Origin: an uncultured Gemmatimonadales bacterium
GTDB taxonomy: Bacteria > Gemmatimonadota > Gemmatimonadetes > Gemmatimonadales > Gemmatimonadaceae
Assembly: GCA_963701965.1 (NCBI GenBank)
Contig: OY969695.1
Location: forward strand, 1,920,001 to 1,984,000
Direction: 5' to 3'
Length of the DNA stretch: 64,000 nucleotides
The notes under the pieces are model-generated. The model saw only the letters and a list, made by a program, of their open reading frames with translations, was not told where the DNA came from and made no database searches. A program made the position numbers and the translations under genes. This document shows, in pieces, positions 1-9,481 of the stretch; within the stretch, counting starts at the first letter, position 1, and each line of letters starts with the position of its first letter.

Positions 1-1
1 T

Positions 2-427
2 TGGCCGCAGTCGGTCGCGGCCCACTGGCCTCACGACGCGCCCGAAAGATTCGTCGTGTGCACCGGCGGCGAGCCGCTGCTGCAACTCGACGCGCCCCTC
101 GTCGACGCCTTCCACCGCGCCGGCTTCGTTGTCGCCATCGAGACGAACGGCACGCGCCTGCCGCCGCCCGGCGTGGACTGGGTGTGCGTGTCGCCAAAGG
201 CCGACGCGCCTCTCGAGCTCACCACGGGCGACGAGCTCAAGCTGGTGTACCCGCAGGAGCGCGGCGAGCCGGAACGCTATGCGACCCTGGCCTTCCGACA
301 TTTCTTTCTGCAACCCATGGACGGACCCGATCGGGAGGGCAATACGCAGCGCGCCATTGCATACTGCCTGGGCCATCCCCGCTGGCGGCTCTCCGTCCAG
401 ACCCACAAGGTGCTGGGCCTCCGTTGA
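2..427 (+). CDS. queE: 7-carboxy-7-deazaguanine synthase QueE (radical SAM), 5'-truncated by window edge
   Basis: Motifs VVCTGGEPLLQ, AIETNGT, WVCVSPK, FLQP and RLSVQTHK are typical of the QueE C-terminal half; its stop overlaps the queD start (TGATG). Confidence 0.9.
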   Translation, partial: WPQSVAAHWPHDAPERFVVCTGGEPLLQLDAPLVDAFHRAGFVVAIETNGTRLPPPGVDWVCVSPKADAPLELTTGDELKLVYPQERGEPERYATLAFRHFFLQPMDGPDREGNTQRAIAYCLGHPRWRLSVQTHKVLGLR

Positions 428-792
428 TGGAGATCTTCGCCGAGTTCGCGTTCGAGGCGGCGCATCGGCTGCCGTGCGTCCCGCCGACGCACCCCTGTTA
501 CCGGCTCCACGGACACTCGTATTTCGTGCGCGTCGCCATGAGTGGCGCGGTCAATGCGCAGACCGGCTGGGTGCGGGATTTCTACGACATCACAGCGGCG
601 TTCGAGCCACTCCGTATCCAGTTGGATCACCACCTGTTGAACGAGATCCCGGGACTGGACAATCCGACCAGTGAACATCTGGCGCGTTGGATCTGGCGCG
701 CGCTCAGTCCATCGTTGACGTCCCTCAGCTCGGTCGAAGTCAGGGAGACCCGATCGATGGGATGTATTTATCGGGGCGAGGCCGACCGATAA
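427..792 (+). CDS. queD: 6-carboxy-5,6,7,8-tetrahydropterin synthase QueD
   Basis: MEIFAEFAFEAAHRLP...C-x3-HGHSY...LDHHLLNEIPGLDNPTSE; ATG at 427 is coupled to the queE stop. Confidence 0.93.
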   Translation: MEIFAEFAFEAAHRLPCVPPTHPCYRLHGHSYFVRVAMSGAVNAQTGWVRDFYDITAAFEPLRIQLDHHLLNEIPGLDNPTSEHLARWIWRALSPSLTSLSSVEVRETRSMGCIYRGEADR

Positions 793-871
793 TACGGAAT
801 AGCACAGCTCGCCTGGGCACGCTCTGTGCTATATCATCCGCGCGCAGTCTTCGAAAACCCAAGCTCAACTA

Positions 872-1513
872 TTGGGGAAGCTCTTGAGAACTCCCTCCGG
901 CATTGCTCTGCTCTTTGGTTGCCTCGCGCCCGCACTGCGGGCGCAGAGCGTGCCTGCGATGGACTCGACCGTCTTTCCGGCGCCTCCGGCCGTCGTTCAG
1001 GAACCGGTGCTGGACCGGCCATTTTCGGCGTTCAGCATCTCGGCGCTCTCGCTTCGCGATTCCATAGTCTCTTTGGTCCGCCGCCAGCTCGGGACCAAGT
1101 ACCGGCGAGGCGGCGAGTCGCCGAAGCATGGATTCGACTGCAGTGGGCTGGTGCACTATGTGATGTCGGCGCTCAACGTCGAGCTGCCGCGCACCGCCAA
1201 GGATCAGGCCAAGTCCGGGCAACTCATTCCCCGCGATGCGTCGAGCCTCAAACCCGGTGATCTGCTGACCTTCGGGTTCGACAAGAAGATCTCGCACATC
1301 GGGATCTACGTCGGCGACGGACGGTTCGTGCACGCGTCGAGCGCCGCCGGCCGCGTCATCGAAAGCCCGCTCGACCGCCCGGTCGTCCGGCGGGTCAAGC
1401 CGTGGCGCGGCGCCCGCCGTGTCATTCCCGAGGATTCGGTCGTGGCGCAGAGTCCGGCGGCGGCGCCGGAGAACCCGACGGAAGCGGCAGCGAATCCGAC
1501 GGGGCGGGACTAG
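872..1513 (+). CDS. NlpC/P60 (C40) cell-wall peptidase, exported
   Basis: Signal peptide; GFDCSGLV (catalytic Cys), LPRTA, PGDLLTF, HIGIYVGDGRFVHASS. Confidence 0.9.
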   Translation: MGKLLRTPSGIALLFGCLAPALRAQSVPAMDSTVFPAPPAVVQEPVLDRPFSAFSISALSLRDSIVSLVRRQLGTKYRRGGESPKHGFDCSGLVHYVMSALNVELPRTAKDQAKSGQLIPRDASSLKPGDLLTFGFDKKISHIGIYVGDGRFVHASSAAGRVIESPLDRPVVRRVKPWRGARRVIPEDSVVAQSPAAAPENPTEAAANPTGRD

Positions 1514-2624
1514 CAACGCTCGACGGCCGCCGCGACACGACGCCGGTGGCCGAATCGACCGCGACGCCGGTCGAAGGAAAGTCCAACGCACTGAGGGAGT
1601 CCACCAGCATTCGCGCCCGCGACGTCGAGTCGGGCGACACGATGCCCTGCGCCGGCTGCACCGTCGCCGCCAGGCGCACATCGCGCGGGCGCCCTGCGGA
1701 GTCGAGCGTCGCGCACACGACCGCGCCCCGTCGCGCGGGTTCGGCCAGCGCGAACGGGCCGTAGTTCACGAGGTTGCCCAGCGAGTACAGCACGAGCGCG
1801 CTGTCGCGCCACTCGGCCGCCCGCAGCACGTGGGGACCGTGGCCCACGACCATGACGGCGCCCGCGTCAATGACGCTCCGCGCAAAGGCCACGACGTTCC
1901 CTCGATCCTCGCCCACGTAGTGCTCGGTCGAGTCGCCCGTGCGCTGCGCCAGGACGCCCTCGGCGCCCATGTGGGCCGTGACGATCACGCGCCGATAGCG
2001 CTCCACGGCGCGGGCCACGATGCGCTCGACCGCGGACAGATCGCCGACGCCGGGGCTCGACCACGCGCTGAATCCGAGGATGGCAATGGTGTCGCCGCGG
2101 GCGGTCACTGCCAGCGTCGGTATCGTGTCGGCGCCCGTCACGCGGACACCGGCCGCGCGCAACAAATGGACCGAGTGCGCGAACCCATCGTCGCCCGCAT
2201 CGTGGGCGTGATTGTTGGCGACGTTGGCCACGACCACCGTCGTGGTGTCACCCAGGCGCCTCAACGCCGCGACCGCCGCGGCGGGCTGTCGGAGCGCAAA
2301 ACAGTGAGACGGCGTGTCAGGGCCCAGCGCGCGGCGGTTTCGCCGCCGGCGCGCTTTCAGCGTGCATTTGTCATTCGTGATCGGATCATCCCCGAATGCG
2401 CCTTCCGCGTTGAACAAGACGATATCCGCACCGGACATCATCGGGCGCACCGGCATCAGGAGAGAGTCAGCGGACATCAAGCGCTTGCGCCAGTCGCCGT
2501 GTGTGATGCCGGTGACCGTCCGACCCCAGGTGCTGTCGAGGTTCGTGCCCAGGGTGACGTCGCCGCCGGCACAGACCCGCACGCTGTCGCAGGCCAGGGT
2601 GAACGCCAGCGCCAGTGCGATCAC
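1422..2624 (-). CDS. CapA/PGA_cap family metallophosphatase-like protein
   Basis: GGDVTLG, FNAEGAF, NVANNHAHD, HMGAE, GHGPHVLR, YSLGNL motifs; GTG start at 2624 overlaps the upstream stop (GTGA); the 3' end overlaps the convergent NlpC/P60 gene. Confidence 0.88.
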   Translation of the reverse strand: MIALALAFTLACDSVRVCAGGDVTLGTNLDSTWGRTVTGITHGDWRKRLMSADSLLMPVRPMMSGADIVLFNAEGAFGDDPITNDKCTLKARRRRNRRALGPDTPSHCFALRQPAAAVAALRRLGDTTTVVVANVANNHAHDAGDDGFAHSVHLLRAAGVRVTGADTIPTLAVTARGDTIAILGFSAWSSPGVGDLSAVERIVARAVERYRRVIVTAHMGAEGVLAQRTGDSTEHYVGEDRGNVVAFARSVIDAGAVMVVGHGPHVLRAAEWRDSALVLYSLGNLVNYGPFALAEPARRGAVVCATLDSAGRPRDVRLAATVQPAQGIVSPDSTSRARMLVDSLSALDFPSTGVAVDSATGVVSRRPSSVASPAPSDSLPLPSGSPAPPPDSAPRPNPRE

Positions 2625-3739
2625 GGTCCGGGGCTGACGCGCTGGCCGCGCGTCGGCTCTCCCCGGGTGACCGGCGCGCCGTCGGCGACGTAGTGCTGGA
2701 ACTGCGCCGGCATCCCGGCCCCGACCATGAACGACGGGGTGCTCTGCAGGTGATAGTGCAGGTGGGGCTCCGTGGAGTTGCCGCTGTTTCCGCAACGGCC
2801 CACCGCGGCGCCGGCGACGATCCGCTCGCCGGCCTTCACGCGGATCGAGCCGCGTTGCAGGTGGGCCAGAAACGAGTACTCCCCGTTTCCGTGATCGATG
2901 ATGATGTGATTCCCGAGGTCATCACCGGTGTTGGACGTTCCCGGTGCGTTGTCGGCCATCGTGTCGACCGCCTCGACGACAATGCCGGGTCCTGGGGCCA
3001 GGATCGGGTGGCCGAAGCAGTAGTAGTCGGTGGCGCTCGTCCCGGCTCCCTTGTGCGTCGCGCCACTCTGGGCGATGACGAAGTCGATCGCGAACCGCTG
3101 GTCCGGGGACGAGGCGTGACGATTCTGCGCCAGCGTGCGGCCGCCCCACAGCACGAGCCACTCGCCGGCGAATGGCAGGCGTAACGGCGTCTGGGTGTGA
3201 TAGTCGAGGAACCCGCTCGCGGCCTCGGAGACCGGCAATGGGCGCACGGAGAATCCGCCAATGCCGCCGTTCGAGTCGATCGCCCATTGCACGATCACCA
3301 ATTGATTGATCTTTTCGACCGCGATCAGCTCATCGTACAGCACGTAGGGCGGGCGCGGGGTCTCGGTCTCCGACACCACCGATTGTTCGGCGCCGAGTTG
3401 ATCGCGGAGCCGCGTCCGGATCGAGTCCAGCCGCGCGCTGTCGATCGTCTGGCGCAGCGCGGGCGTGAAATGGGCGAACAGCTCGGGCAGGTGGTCGGTG
3501 AAAAACCACTCCGTGTAGCGCCGCCCCTGCGTGCGCGCGTTGTCGGTCTGGGCGGCCGCGTAGGGCGCGGCGACGAGCGTTAGTCCGGCGAGAAGCGCAC
3601 ACCAATATTCATGACGCCGTACCGGTTGTGCGGGGTTGGCGGCGTGGGTTCGGCGAAGAAATGGGCGTAGGAGCCCATGAAGCTCATCCGCAGGACCTGG
3701 AGGGCGGCGATGCCGCCATAAATAAACGTGACGTCCCAT
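2621..3739 (-). CDS. M23 family metallopeptidase with N-terminal DUF3887-like domain (true start uncertain)
   Basis: AIDF...GNHIIIDHGNGEYSFLAHLQ...GNSGNSTEPHLHYHLQ. A signal-like LLAGLTLVAAPYAAAQ lies near 3595-3550, but the only upstream ATG is at 3739, inside the neighbouring gene. Confidence 0.82.
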   Translation of the reverse strand: MGRHVYLWRHRRPPGPADELHGLLRPFLRRTHAANPAQPVRRHEYWCALLAGLTLVAAPYAAAQTDNARTQGRRYTEWFFTDHLPELFAHFTPALRQTIDSARLDSIRTRLRDQLGAEQSVVSETETPRPPYVLYDELIAVEKINQLVIVQWAIDSNGGIGGFSVRPLPVSEAASGFLDYHTQTPLRLPFAGEWLVLWGGRTLAQNRHASSPDQRFAIDFVIAQSGATHKGAGTSATDYYCFGHPILAPGPGIVVEAVDTMADNAPGTSNTGDDLGNHIIIDHGNGEYSFLAHLQRGSIRVKAGERIVAGAAVGRCGNSGNSTEPHLHYHLQSTPSFMVGAGMPAQFQHYVADGAPVTRGEPTRGQRVSPGP

Positions 3740-4341
3740 TTGGACAGATTCGAGGTTTGGGCCATGTACGCCACATCGCTCACGGAGCCGTTGCGGCCGA
3801 GCGTGATGTAGAAAGCTGTCGTGGCCAAACCCCCGAAGAGAATCCCGCGCTCGAAAGTCGACCCGCGGGAATGGGGAATATCGAGGATCGCCTCGTCCAA
3901 GAGCGTCTGGACCGTGAGGCCCGCGCTCGAGAATATGAACTGCTTTTCGGGGTCGAGCGTGGCGTCGATCCCCGAGTAGATCGTGGGGCGCCCCTTGTTG
4001 AAGCCGAATGTGGGGTGGGCGCCGACGGCGTAGGACGCGACAATGTGGCCGGATTCATGCGCGGCCAGGCTCGTCAGGCCGCCGGCGAAGAACACCACCC
4101 AATGGTGGGCCCCGCCGCCCCCGCGCGCCGTGTCCGCGCGACCCGGCGGAATCGTCTCCGCCACCCCGAGTCGGGTGAGAGTGTCCGGCCGGCCGGCACG
4201 CACGGTGTCCCGCACGGGGGTGTCCGGCCGACCGGTGCGAACCGTGTCACTTTGCGCACACACGACTCGGAGCGGAGCGACGACGAGAAAGAGCGCGAGC
4301 GCCAGCGCGCCACGTGCGAGCGTGAGCGCGCGCCGCGTCAG
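3580..4341 (-). CDS. Hypothetical exported/membrane protein with HExxH motif (possible metalloprotease-like)
   Basis: Signal-like ALALALFLVVAPLRVVCAQ, then AAHESGHIVA and several hydrophobic segments; start uncertain (CTG at 4341 proposed). Confidence 0.6.
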   Translation of the reverse strand: MTRRALTLARGALALALFLVVAPLRVVCAQSDTVRTGRPDTPVRDTVRAGRPDTLTRLGVAETIPPGRADTARGGGGAHHWVVFFAGGLTSLAAHESGHIVASYAVGAHPTFGFNKGRPTIYSGIDATLDPEKQFIFSSAGLTVQTLLDEAILDIPHSRGSTFERGILFGGLATTAFYITLGRNGSVSDVAYMAQTSNLSKWDVTFIYGGIAALQVLRMSFMGSYAHFFAEPTPPTPHNRYGVMNIGVRFSPD

Positions 4342-4354
4342 CGGCGTCGCGCGA

Positions 4355-5966
4355 CTACGTAGTCGAGAGGGCCGGCAGGGCCGCCACGGGCGCGCTGGCG
4401 ACGCGGGCACGGAGATGATCGGCGAGCCGCAGGGCGAGCGCGATGATCGTGAACGTCGGGTTGGCATACCCGCAGCTCGGAAACACCGAGCTGCCGGCCA
4501 CGAACAAATTCGCCACACTATGGACCCGACAGTTCTCATCGACGACCCCGGCTTTGGGATCCCGCGCCATGCGCGTGGTCCCCATCTCAATGCCACCCTC
4601 CTCCGGTGGCTTCGTCACTCGGCACCTCATCCCCGTACGGCGGTAAAAACACTCGCCCCACGCCCGCCGCGGCGCAAGCCTCGCCCAGCAGCGCGACGCC
4701 CTTGCGCACGGTTGCGCGATCTTCGTCGGCGACGCGCCAGTCGAGATCGACCATGGGCACGCCAAAGCGATCCTTGTGCCCATTCAGCATGACGCGGCTC
4801 TCGCGATTCGGCACCTGCTCCGATCGTACGAGGATCTCGAACAGCCGCCCGCCATACGCCGCCATGGACGCCCGGGCACCAAGCGCCCGTGCGACGTCGC
4901 CGGCACCGGCGAGACCGCGGGCCAGCCGGTCGGCCCACCGTGGCCTCCCGCGCCCGCGGACGACCGCCTCGGCCAACGCCACCATGGCCCAATACGCGGG
5001 CGACTGCGTGGCTTGCACCCACGACACGGGCGCCGGCCGCACCTGACGCAGCGACGCGCTGAACGCCAGCAGCTGGCGTTCCCGCACGACGGCCGGCGGC
5101 AGGATGAACCAGGCCATCGGTTCCCGTCCCCGGCGCTGGCGCTCGTCATAGAACGAGCAGTCCACGCCGGGCGCCGCCGCCAGCACACCGCAACGCACGT
5201 GCAGATGCTCGGTGAAGTAGCGCCCCACGAGATCGTGCGCGTTGCCGATCCGACTGGCCAACAGAAGGCGCGCGTTCTCGATCGCGCCCGTCGCCAGCAC
5301 GTACAGGCGCGCACGGACCGTGAACGCGTTGCCCGCCAACGTCTGTACGGTGACGCGCTCGATCGCGCCGGCACCGGTTGCCGTTTGGATCGCCGTCACG
5401 TTGGCGTGCAGTACCGTCTGCACGTTGTCGGCGGCAAAGAGCGCGTCGCGATACGCGGCGCCGAACTCGATCAACGGGCTGAATTGCAGCAACCCGGTCT
5501 CGACGCGGTCCGCCGCCAGCGGCAACACGTGGCGCCCGCCGCGCCCCAGCGCGTCGTTCATTGCCTCGGCCAGCGACGGCAAGCGCAGCAACGCTCTCGT
5601 CCGTTCCGCGAACCGGTCGACGTCCTCGTAAGAGATCGGCCATCCGCTCTCGGGCACCCACGGCCGCGATTCGAAGTCGATCGGGTCCAGCGCGCGGCTC
5701 CAGCCGCCCCAACGATTCGTCCCACCGCCGAACCGTCGCACGCGACAGTCGTCCAACGCGAAATACGGATGCCCGACTACGCCGCCGCGGTAAAGGGCTT
5801 GCGTTTCAGTATCGGGCGTCAGTCCACCGCTTTCCAAGAGGCACACGCTGACCGCCGAGCCGCTGAGCTCGCGGCCCAAGGCAATCCCGGCTGGACCGGC
5901 GCCAATGATGCAGACATCAGCGTCAATGTGATGGCCCGGCGCAAGCGTTCGACCGTCGATCAGCAT
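4355..5966 (-). pseudogene. GMC family FAD-dependent oxidoreductase split by a 1-nt frameshift at ~4589 (possibly an assembly error)
   Basis: GAGPAG FAD motif, GGGTNRWGG, ATGAIENARLLL and GRYFTEH in one frame ending GGWH*; the conserved MGTTRM...NLFVAGSSVFP...NPTFTIIALALRLA tail continues in another frame to 4355. Confidence 0.85.
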
Positions 5967-5977
5967 AGCTTTGGTGT

Positions 5978-7003
5978 ATGGGGCAGACTCGAGAGCACGT
6001 CACTTTTCAGATCAACCTCGCGCCGGCGGATTTCCCGCATGCGCGGCACACGCTGCCCCATCAGCTGCGGCAGTGGGCGGGCCAAGTCGACGAAGTCCTG
6101 CTCGTCACCGACCTCCACCGTGTGCGCCATGGGCACTTCGGCGAAGCGTGGCATGAACGCCGCGCGCCGCTCGCCGAGCTCATCTCGGACTGCGCCGCGC
6201 AATATCCGAACGTGCGGGCGTGCGACGTCGACTACGGGACCGACGCCACGCGACGCGTGTCCGAGGCATTTTTCCACGGGCGTCCCGTTCCCGCCAAGGA
6301 TCTGCGCGGCGCCCCGATTTATCCCTACTATTTCGGGCTCGACGCCGCCACGCATGACGTCGTCATCCACATTGACTCCGACATGATGTTCGGCGGAGGC
6401 AGTCGCACGTGGGTCGCCGAGGCCCTGGCGTTGTTCGCGGCGGACCGTAACGTGTTGACCTGTTCTCCACTCGCCGGTCCGCCGACGCGCGACGGCACGC
6501 TGCCGGCCCAGCCGGCCGCGCTGCGTTACGCCGGAGCGCCGGGGGCTTTCCGGTTCAGTTGGTTCAGCACGCGCATCTTCGCCCTGTCGAAACGCCGGTT
6601 CGCCGAGCGCATCGAGGGCGTCCTGCCGCGCCGCCCCGACTTCCGGGGCACGGTGCGCGCACTGCTGCAGGGCAACCCCACGGCCGATCTCGCTGAAAAC
6701 GTGTTGTCCGACGCCATGGTCGGGGCCAACATGTATCGCGTCGACTTCCTGGGCACCGGCCCCGGCATGTGGTCGTTGCACCCGCCGTTCCGATCGCCGG
6801 CCTTCTATGAGCAACTGCCGACCCTGATCGCGCGCATCGAGTCCGGCGACGTTCCCGAGGGCCAGCGCGGCTGCTACGACATCAACGATTCCCTGTTCGA
6901 CTGGAGCGCGGCACGCGCCGCCAAACGCCGCAAACCCTGGTGGGTGCGGCTTGGACTCTGGGCGACGGGCAACCCGTATCGCGTGCCTGGGGACGTCCAC
7001 TAG
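5978..7003 (+). CDS. Putative GT-A fold glycosyltransferase-like protein
   Basis: 341-aa ORF with HIDSDMMF (DxD) motif inside the EPS locus; family assignment weak. Confidence 0.6.
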   Translation: MGQTREHVTFQINLAPADFPHARHTLPHQLRQWAGQVDEVLLVTDLHRVRHGHFGEAWHERRAPLAELISDCAAQYPNVRACDVDYGTDATRRVSEAFFHGRPVPAKDLRGAPIYPYYFGLDAATHDVVIHIDSDMMFGGGSRTWVAEALALFAADRNVLTCSPLAGPPTRDGTLPAQPAALRYAGAPGAFRFSWFSTRIFALSKRRFAERIEGVLPRRPDFRGTVRALLQGNPTADLAENVLSDAMVGANMYRVDFLGTGPGMWSLHPPFRSPAFYEQLPTLIARIESGDVPEGQRGCYDINDSLFDWSAARAAKRRKPWWVRLGLWATGNPYRVPGDVH

Positions 7004-8127
7004 TTCAACGCCGCGTCGTAAAGGTCATCGAGGCGCGCGCTGATCGCGCGCGACTCGTGGAACTCCCGGAATCGTTCGAGCGCCCCCTCGCTCCACTGCT
7101 CGACACGAGCCGGCTCATGGATAAGCACAGTCAAGTGTTGCACGACTTGTTGCGCAAGGGCGTCGAAGGTCTCATTGAGAATTTCCCAGTAGTTCTCCTG
7201 GGTTCGCTGGCCCAGTCCCAGCCAATTCCCCCACTCATCGACCTCGAGCGCCAGCGTAGCGCCGGCCTCAGGCGGCACCAGCTCCGGCATCGCGCACACA
7301 TTGGAGACGAGGGCCGGCGTCCCTACGGAAAAACCCTCGATCACGCTGTAGCCGAATGTGTCGTCGAGGGTCGGTAGCAATTGCACGTGCGCACTCGCCA
7401 TCAGCGCCAAAACGGCCGAATTGTCCAAACGTCCGTGCACGGTCACGGCGGGATGATCAAGCAGTCGCAGATCGGCGGCGTATCGGGCACGGTCGGGATG
7501 ATCCGTATACACCGCGCCGGCCAGGCGAAAACCCGAGACCACATCGAGGTGGACGGGAAGTCCCCGCGCCGTCGCCTGCGCCACGGCCCGTAGCGCGACA
7601 ATGCCGCCCTTACGCGCGAAGTCGTTCCCCACGAACAACAGTCGGAGCGGCGTCGCGGCACGTCGGACCGTGGCGGGGCGCGCGTCGAAGTGCGGGTACA
7701 CGACCGTGACTTTTGCCAGTACGCGGTCCAACGGCGTCCAGCCGCGGTTGGCTTTGACGAGCTTGCCGCGCGCGTAACGCGACATCGCGATCAGCGTACG
7801 ACAGTTGTCCCGCAGCAGGCGTTCGCGCAGGGCGTGGGCGACGGGAGTCCCCAAGGGTCCGAGCGCGCGCGGGAGCACGGACTCGAACGTGGTCAGCCAC
7901 GGTTTGTCGGTGAGTGGAATGGCATTGAACGCGTGCACCAAGTCGTACGGCGCGCCGCGCGGGTGCGGCCAGGAGAGACCCGCGAGCGCCGGCCAGACGC
8001 GTTCGGCGGCCCGCCGCGGATAAAACCGCAGCGGCCGATCCGTCTCCACGATCAGGGCGTGCCGTGATGGCCGCGGCCCATTGGGCCGGACCATCGGGCG
8101 CGTCCCGGTCAGATAGACGGTCGCCAT
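7000..8127 (-). CDS. Glycosyltransferase family 4
   Basis: LLFVGNDFARKGG and DTFGYSVIEGFSVGTPALVSNVCAMPE (GT-B signature). Confidence 0.88.
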   Translation of the reverse strand: MATVYLTGTRPMVRPNGPRPSRHALIVETDRPLRFYPRRAAERVWPALAGLSWPHPRGAPYDLVHAFNAIPLTDKPWLTTFESVLPRALGPLGTPVAHALRERLLRDNCRTLIAMSRYARGKLVKANRGWTPLDRVLAKVTVVYPHFDARPATVRRAATPLRLLFVGNDFARKGGIVALRAVAQATARGLPVHLDVVSGFRLAGAVYTDHPDRARYAADLRLLDHPAVTVHGRLDNSAVLALMASAHVQLLPTLDDTFGYSVIEGFSVGTPALVSNVCAMPELVPPEAGATLALEVDEWGNWLGLGQRTQENYWEILNETFDALAQQVVQHLTVLIHEPARVEQWSEGALERFREFHESRAISARLDDLYDAALN

Positions 8128-8131
8128 GTCA

Positions 8132-9481
8132 TCACGCCGGCATGGTGTACGCGCGGACGCGCGCGTACACGGGCGCCGGAGCCCCCGCTGGAGATCGCAT
8201 GGCTTCGCGCGCCAGGATCATCATGACCAGGAACAATGCGTAGTGCGTTTGCGGCAGCACCGTCTCGCTCAGCATCTCGATGACCGCCCACACGAGCACC
8301 GTGAACGCGCACAAGGCTTCAATGTCGACCGGTCCCTGTGGACCGCGCGGATGGAGACGGCGGAACGCGTGCCGCACACCCGCCATGAAGGCCCAGACAA
8401 AGATGGCGACACCCGCGTAGCCCAGCTCGAGCGCCATCTCAATGTACCCGTTGTGCGCGTGCGGCACGACCCATCCGAGCGCCAGCGCCACATAGGCGGT
8501 ATGCGCCGGCGTCCAGAACGAATCGTACCCGTACCCAATGAACGGGCGCTCCGCGATGTACTTGAACATCTCGGCCCACAGCTCGGTGCGCCCGGTAAGC
8601 GTCGTGACGTCCGCCGTCTCTTGCGATCGACCCATGAGGAGCGCGTGGCGCGCCGAATCCAGCAGACTGGCGCCGAACACCCCGACCGCCAGCACCACGA
8701 TCAGCGACACGAGACCAATCGCCAAAGCGCGACGCTTGGAGACGTTCAGCATGGTGGCGATCGCGAACGCGAGTCCAAGACTGAGGAGGGATGTGCGCGA
8801 TCGCGTCAGCAGCAGCATGACACCGGCGCCGGCGATCGCCCACGAATAGAAGCGACGGCGCGTGGGGTCCAGCCGCATCAGTGTCAGGCCGGACAGAATG
8901 GCCACGGCCGCTTCCTGCGCGTGGTTATTGGGATGCGTGAGGCCGGCCAGGCGATACGTCCCGTCGACCGGATGGAACGCCCCCCGCATGATCTCGAGCC
9001 CGAGCGACGCGCACAGCGTCGCCAGGCAACCGATCAGCGTGAAGAGGAGAATGGTTTCCAGGGACCACGATCGCGCGAGGGCCCACGCCGCATAGCACAA
9101 GGTGAGAAAAACGAAAATGCGGCGGACGGCGAGACCCCGATCGTCGGCCCACAGGACGCTCAGCGTCGCGAGCGCGATGAATGCCACGATGGGGATCCCT
9201 ACGGCGCGGTCACCGCCTTCCCCGCTATCCACCGTCAGCTCGCCGGCCTGCTCGCGCCGGTGCTTGTATCGCACCGCGAGCAACGCGAAGGCCAGGAGTC
9301 CAACCACGGCGAACCGGCGCTCCGAGCGCCCTTCCTCGATACCGGCGCCCGTGCCGGAGATGGCCGCCTTGAGGTCCGTGACGGTCTCCTCGTGGTCGGT
9401 GCGATTGTTGAGATCGTACGGTCCCAGAATGCTGAACAGCGCGAACAGCACCAGGAACGCGGCCCACGGGCGTGTGCGCAT
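8132..9481 (-). CDS. O-antigen ligase/Wzy-like polysaccharide polymerase
   Basis: Many TM segments; GLTHPNN, LTRSRTS, TLTGRTELW, RPFIGYGYDSFW, HAHNGYIE. Confidence 0.88.
   Translation of the reverse strand: MRTRPWAAFLVLFALFSILGPYDLNNRTDHEETVTDLKAAISGTGAGIEEGRSERRFAVVGLLAFALLAVRYKHRREQAGELTVDSGEGGDRAVGIPIVAFIALATLSVLWADDRGLAVRRIFVFLTLCYAAWALARSWSLETILLFTLIGCLATLCASLGLEIMRGAFHPVDGTYRLAGLTHPNNHAQEAAVAILSGLTLMRLDPTRRRFYSWAIAGAGVMLLLTRSRTSLLSLGLAFAIATMLNVSKRRALAIGLVSLIVVLAVGVFGASLLDSARHALLMGRSQETADVTTLTGRTELWAEMFKYIAERPFIGYGYDSFWTPAHTAYVALALGWVVPHAHNGYIEMALELGYAGVAIFVWAFMAGVRHAFRRLHPRGPQGPVDIEALCAFTVLVWAVIEMLSETVLPQTHYALFLVMMILAREAMRSPAGAPAPVYARVRAYTMPA

Noticed and set aside
1..792. queE/queD as part of a 7-deazaguanine DNA-modification (dpd) island; the 263-aa ORF 1..792
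   Set aside because: No dpdA/tgtA5 or other dpd genes are in the window, so housekeeping queuosine synthesis is the simpler reading. The long ORF is queD plus an out-of-frame read of queE.
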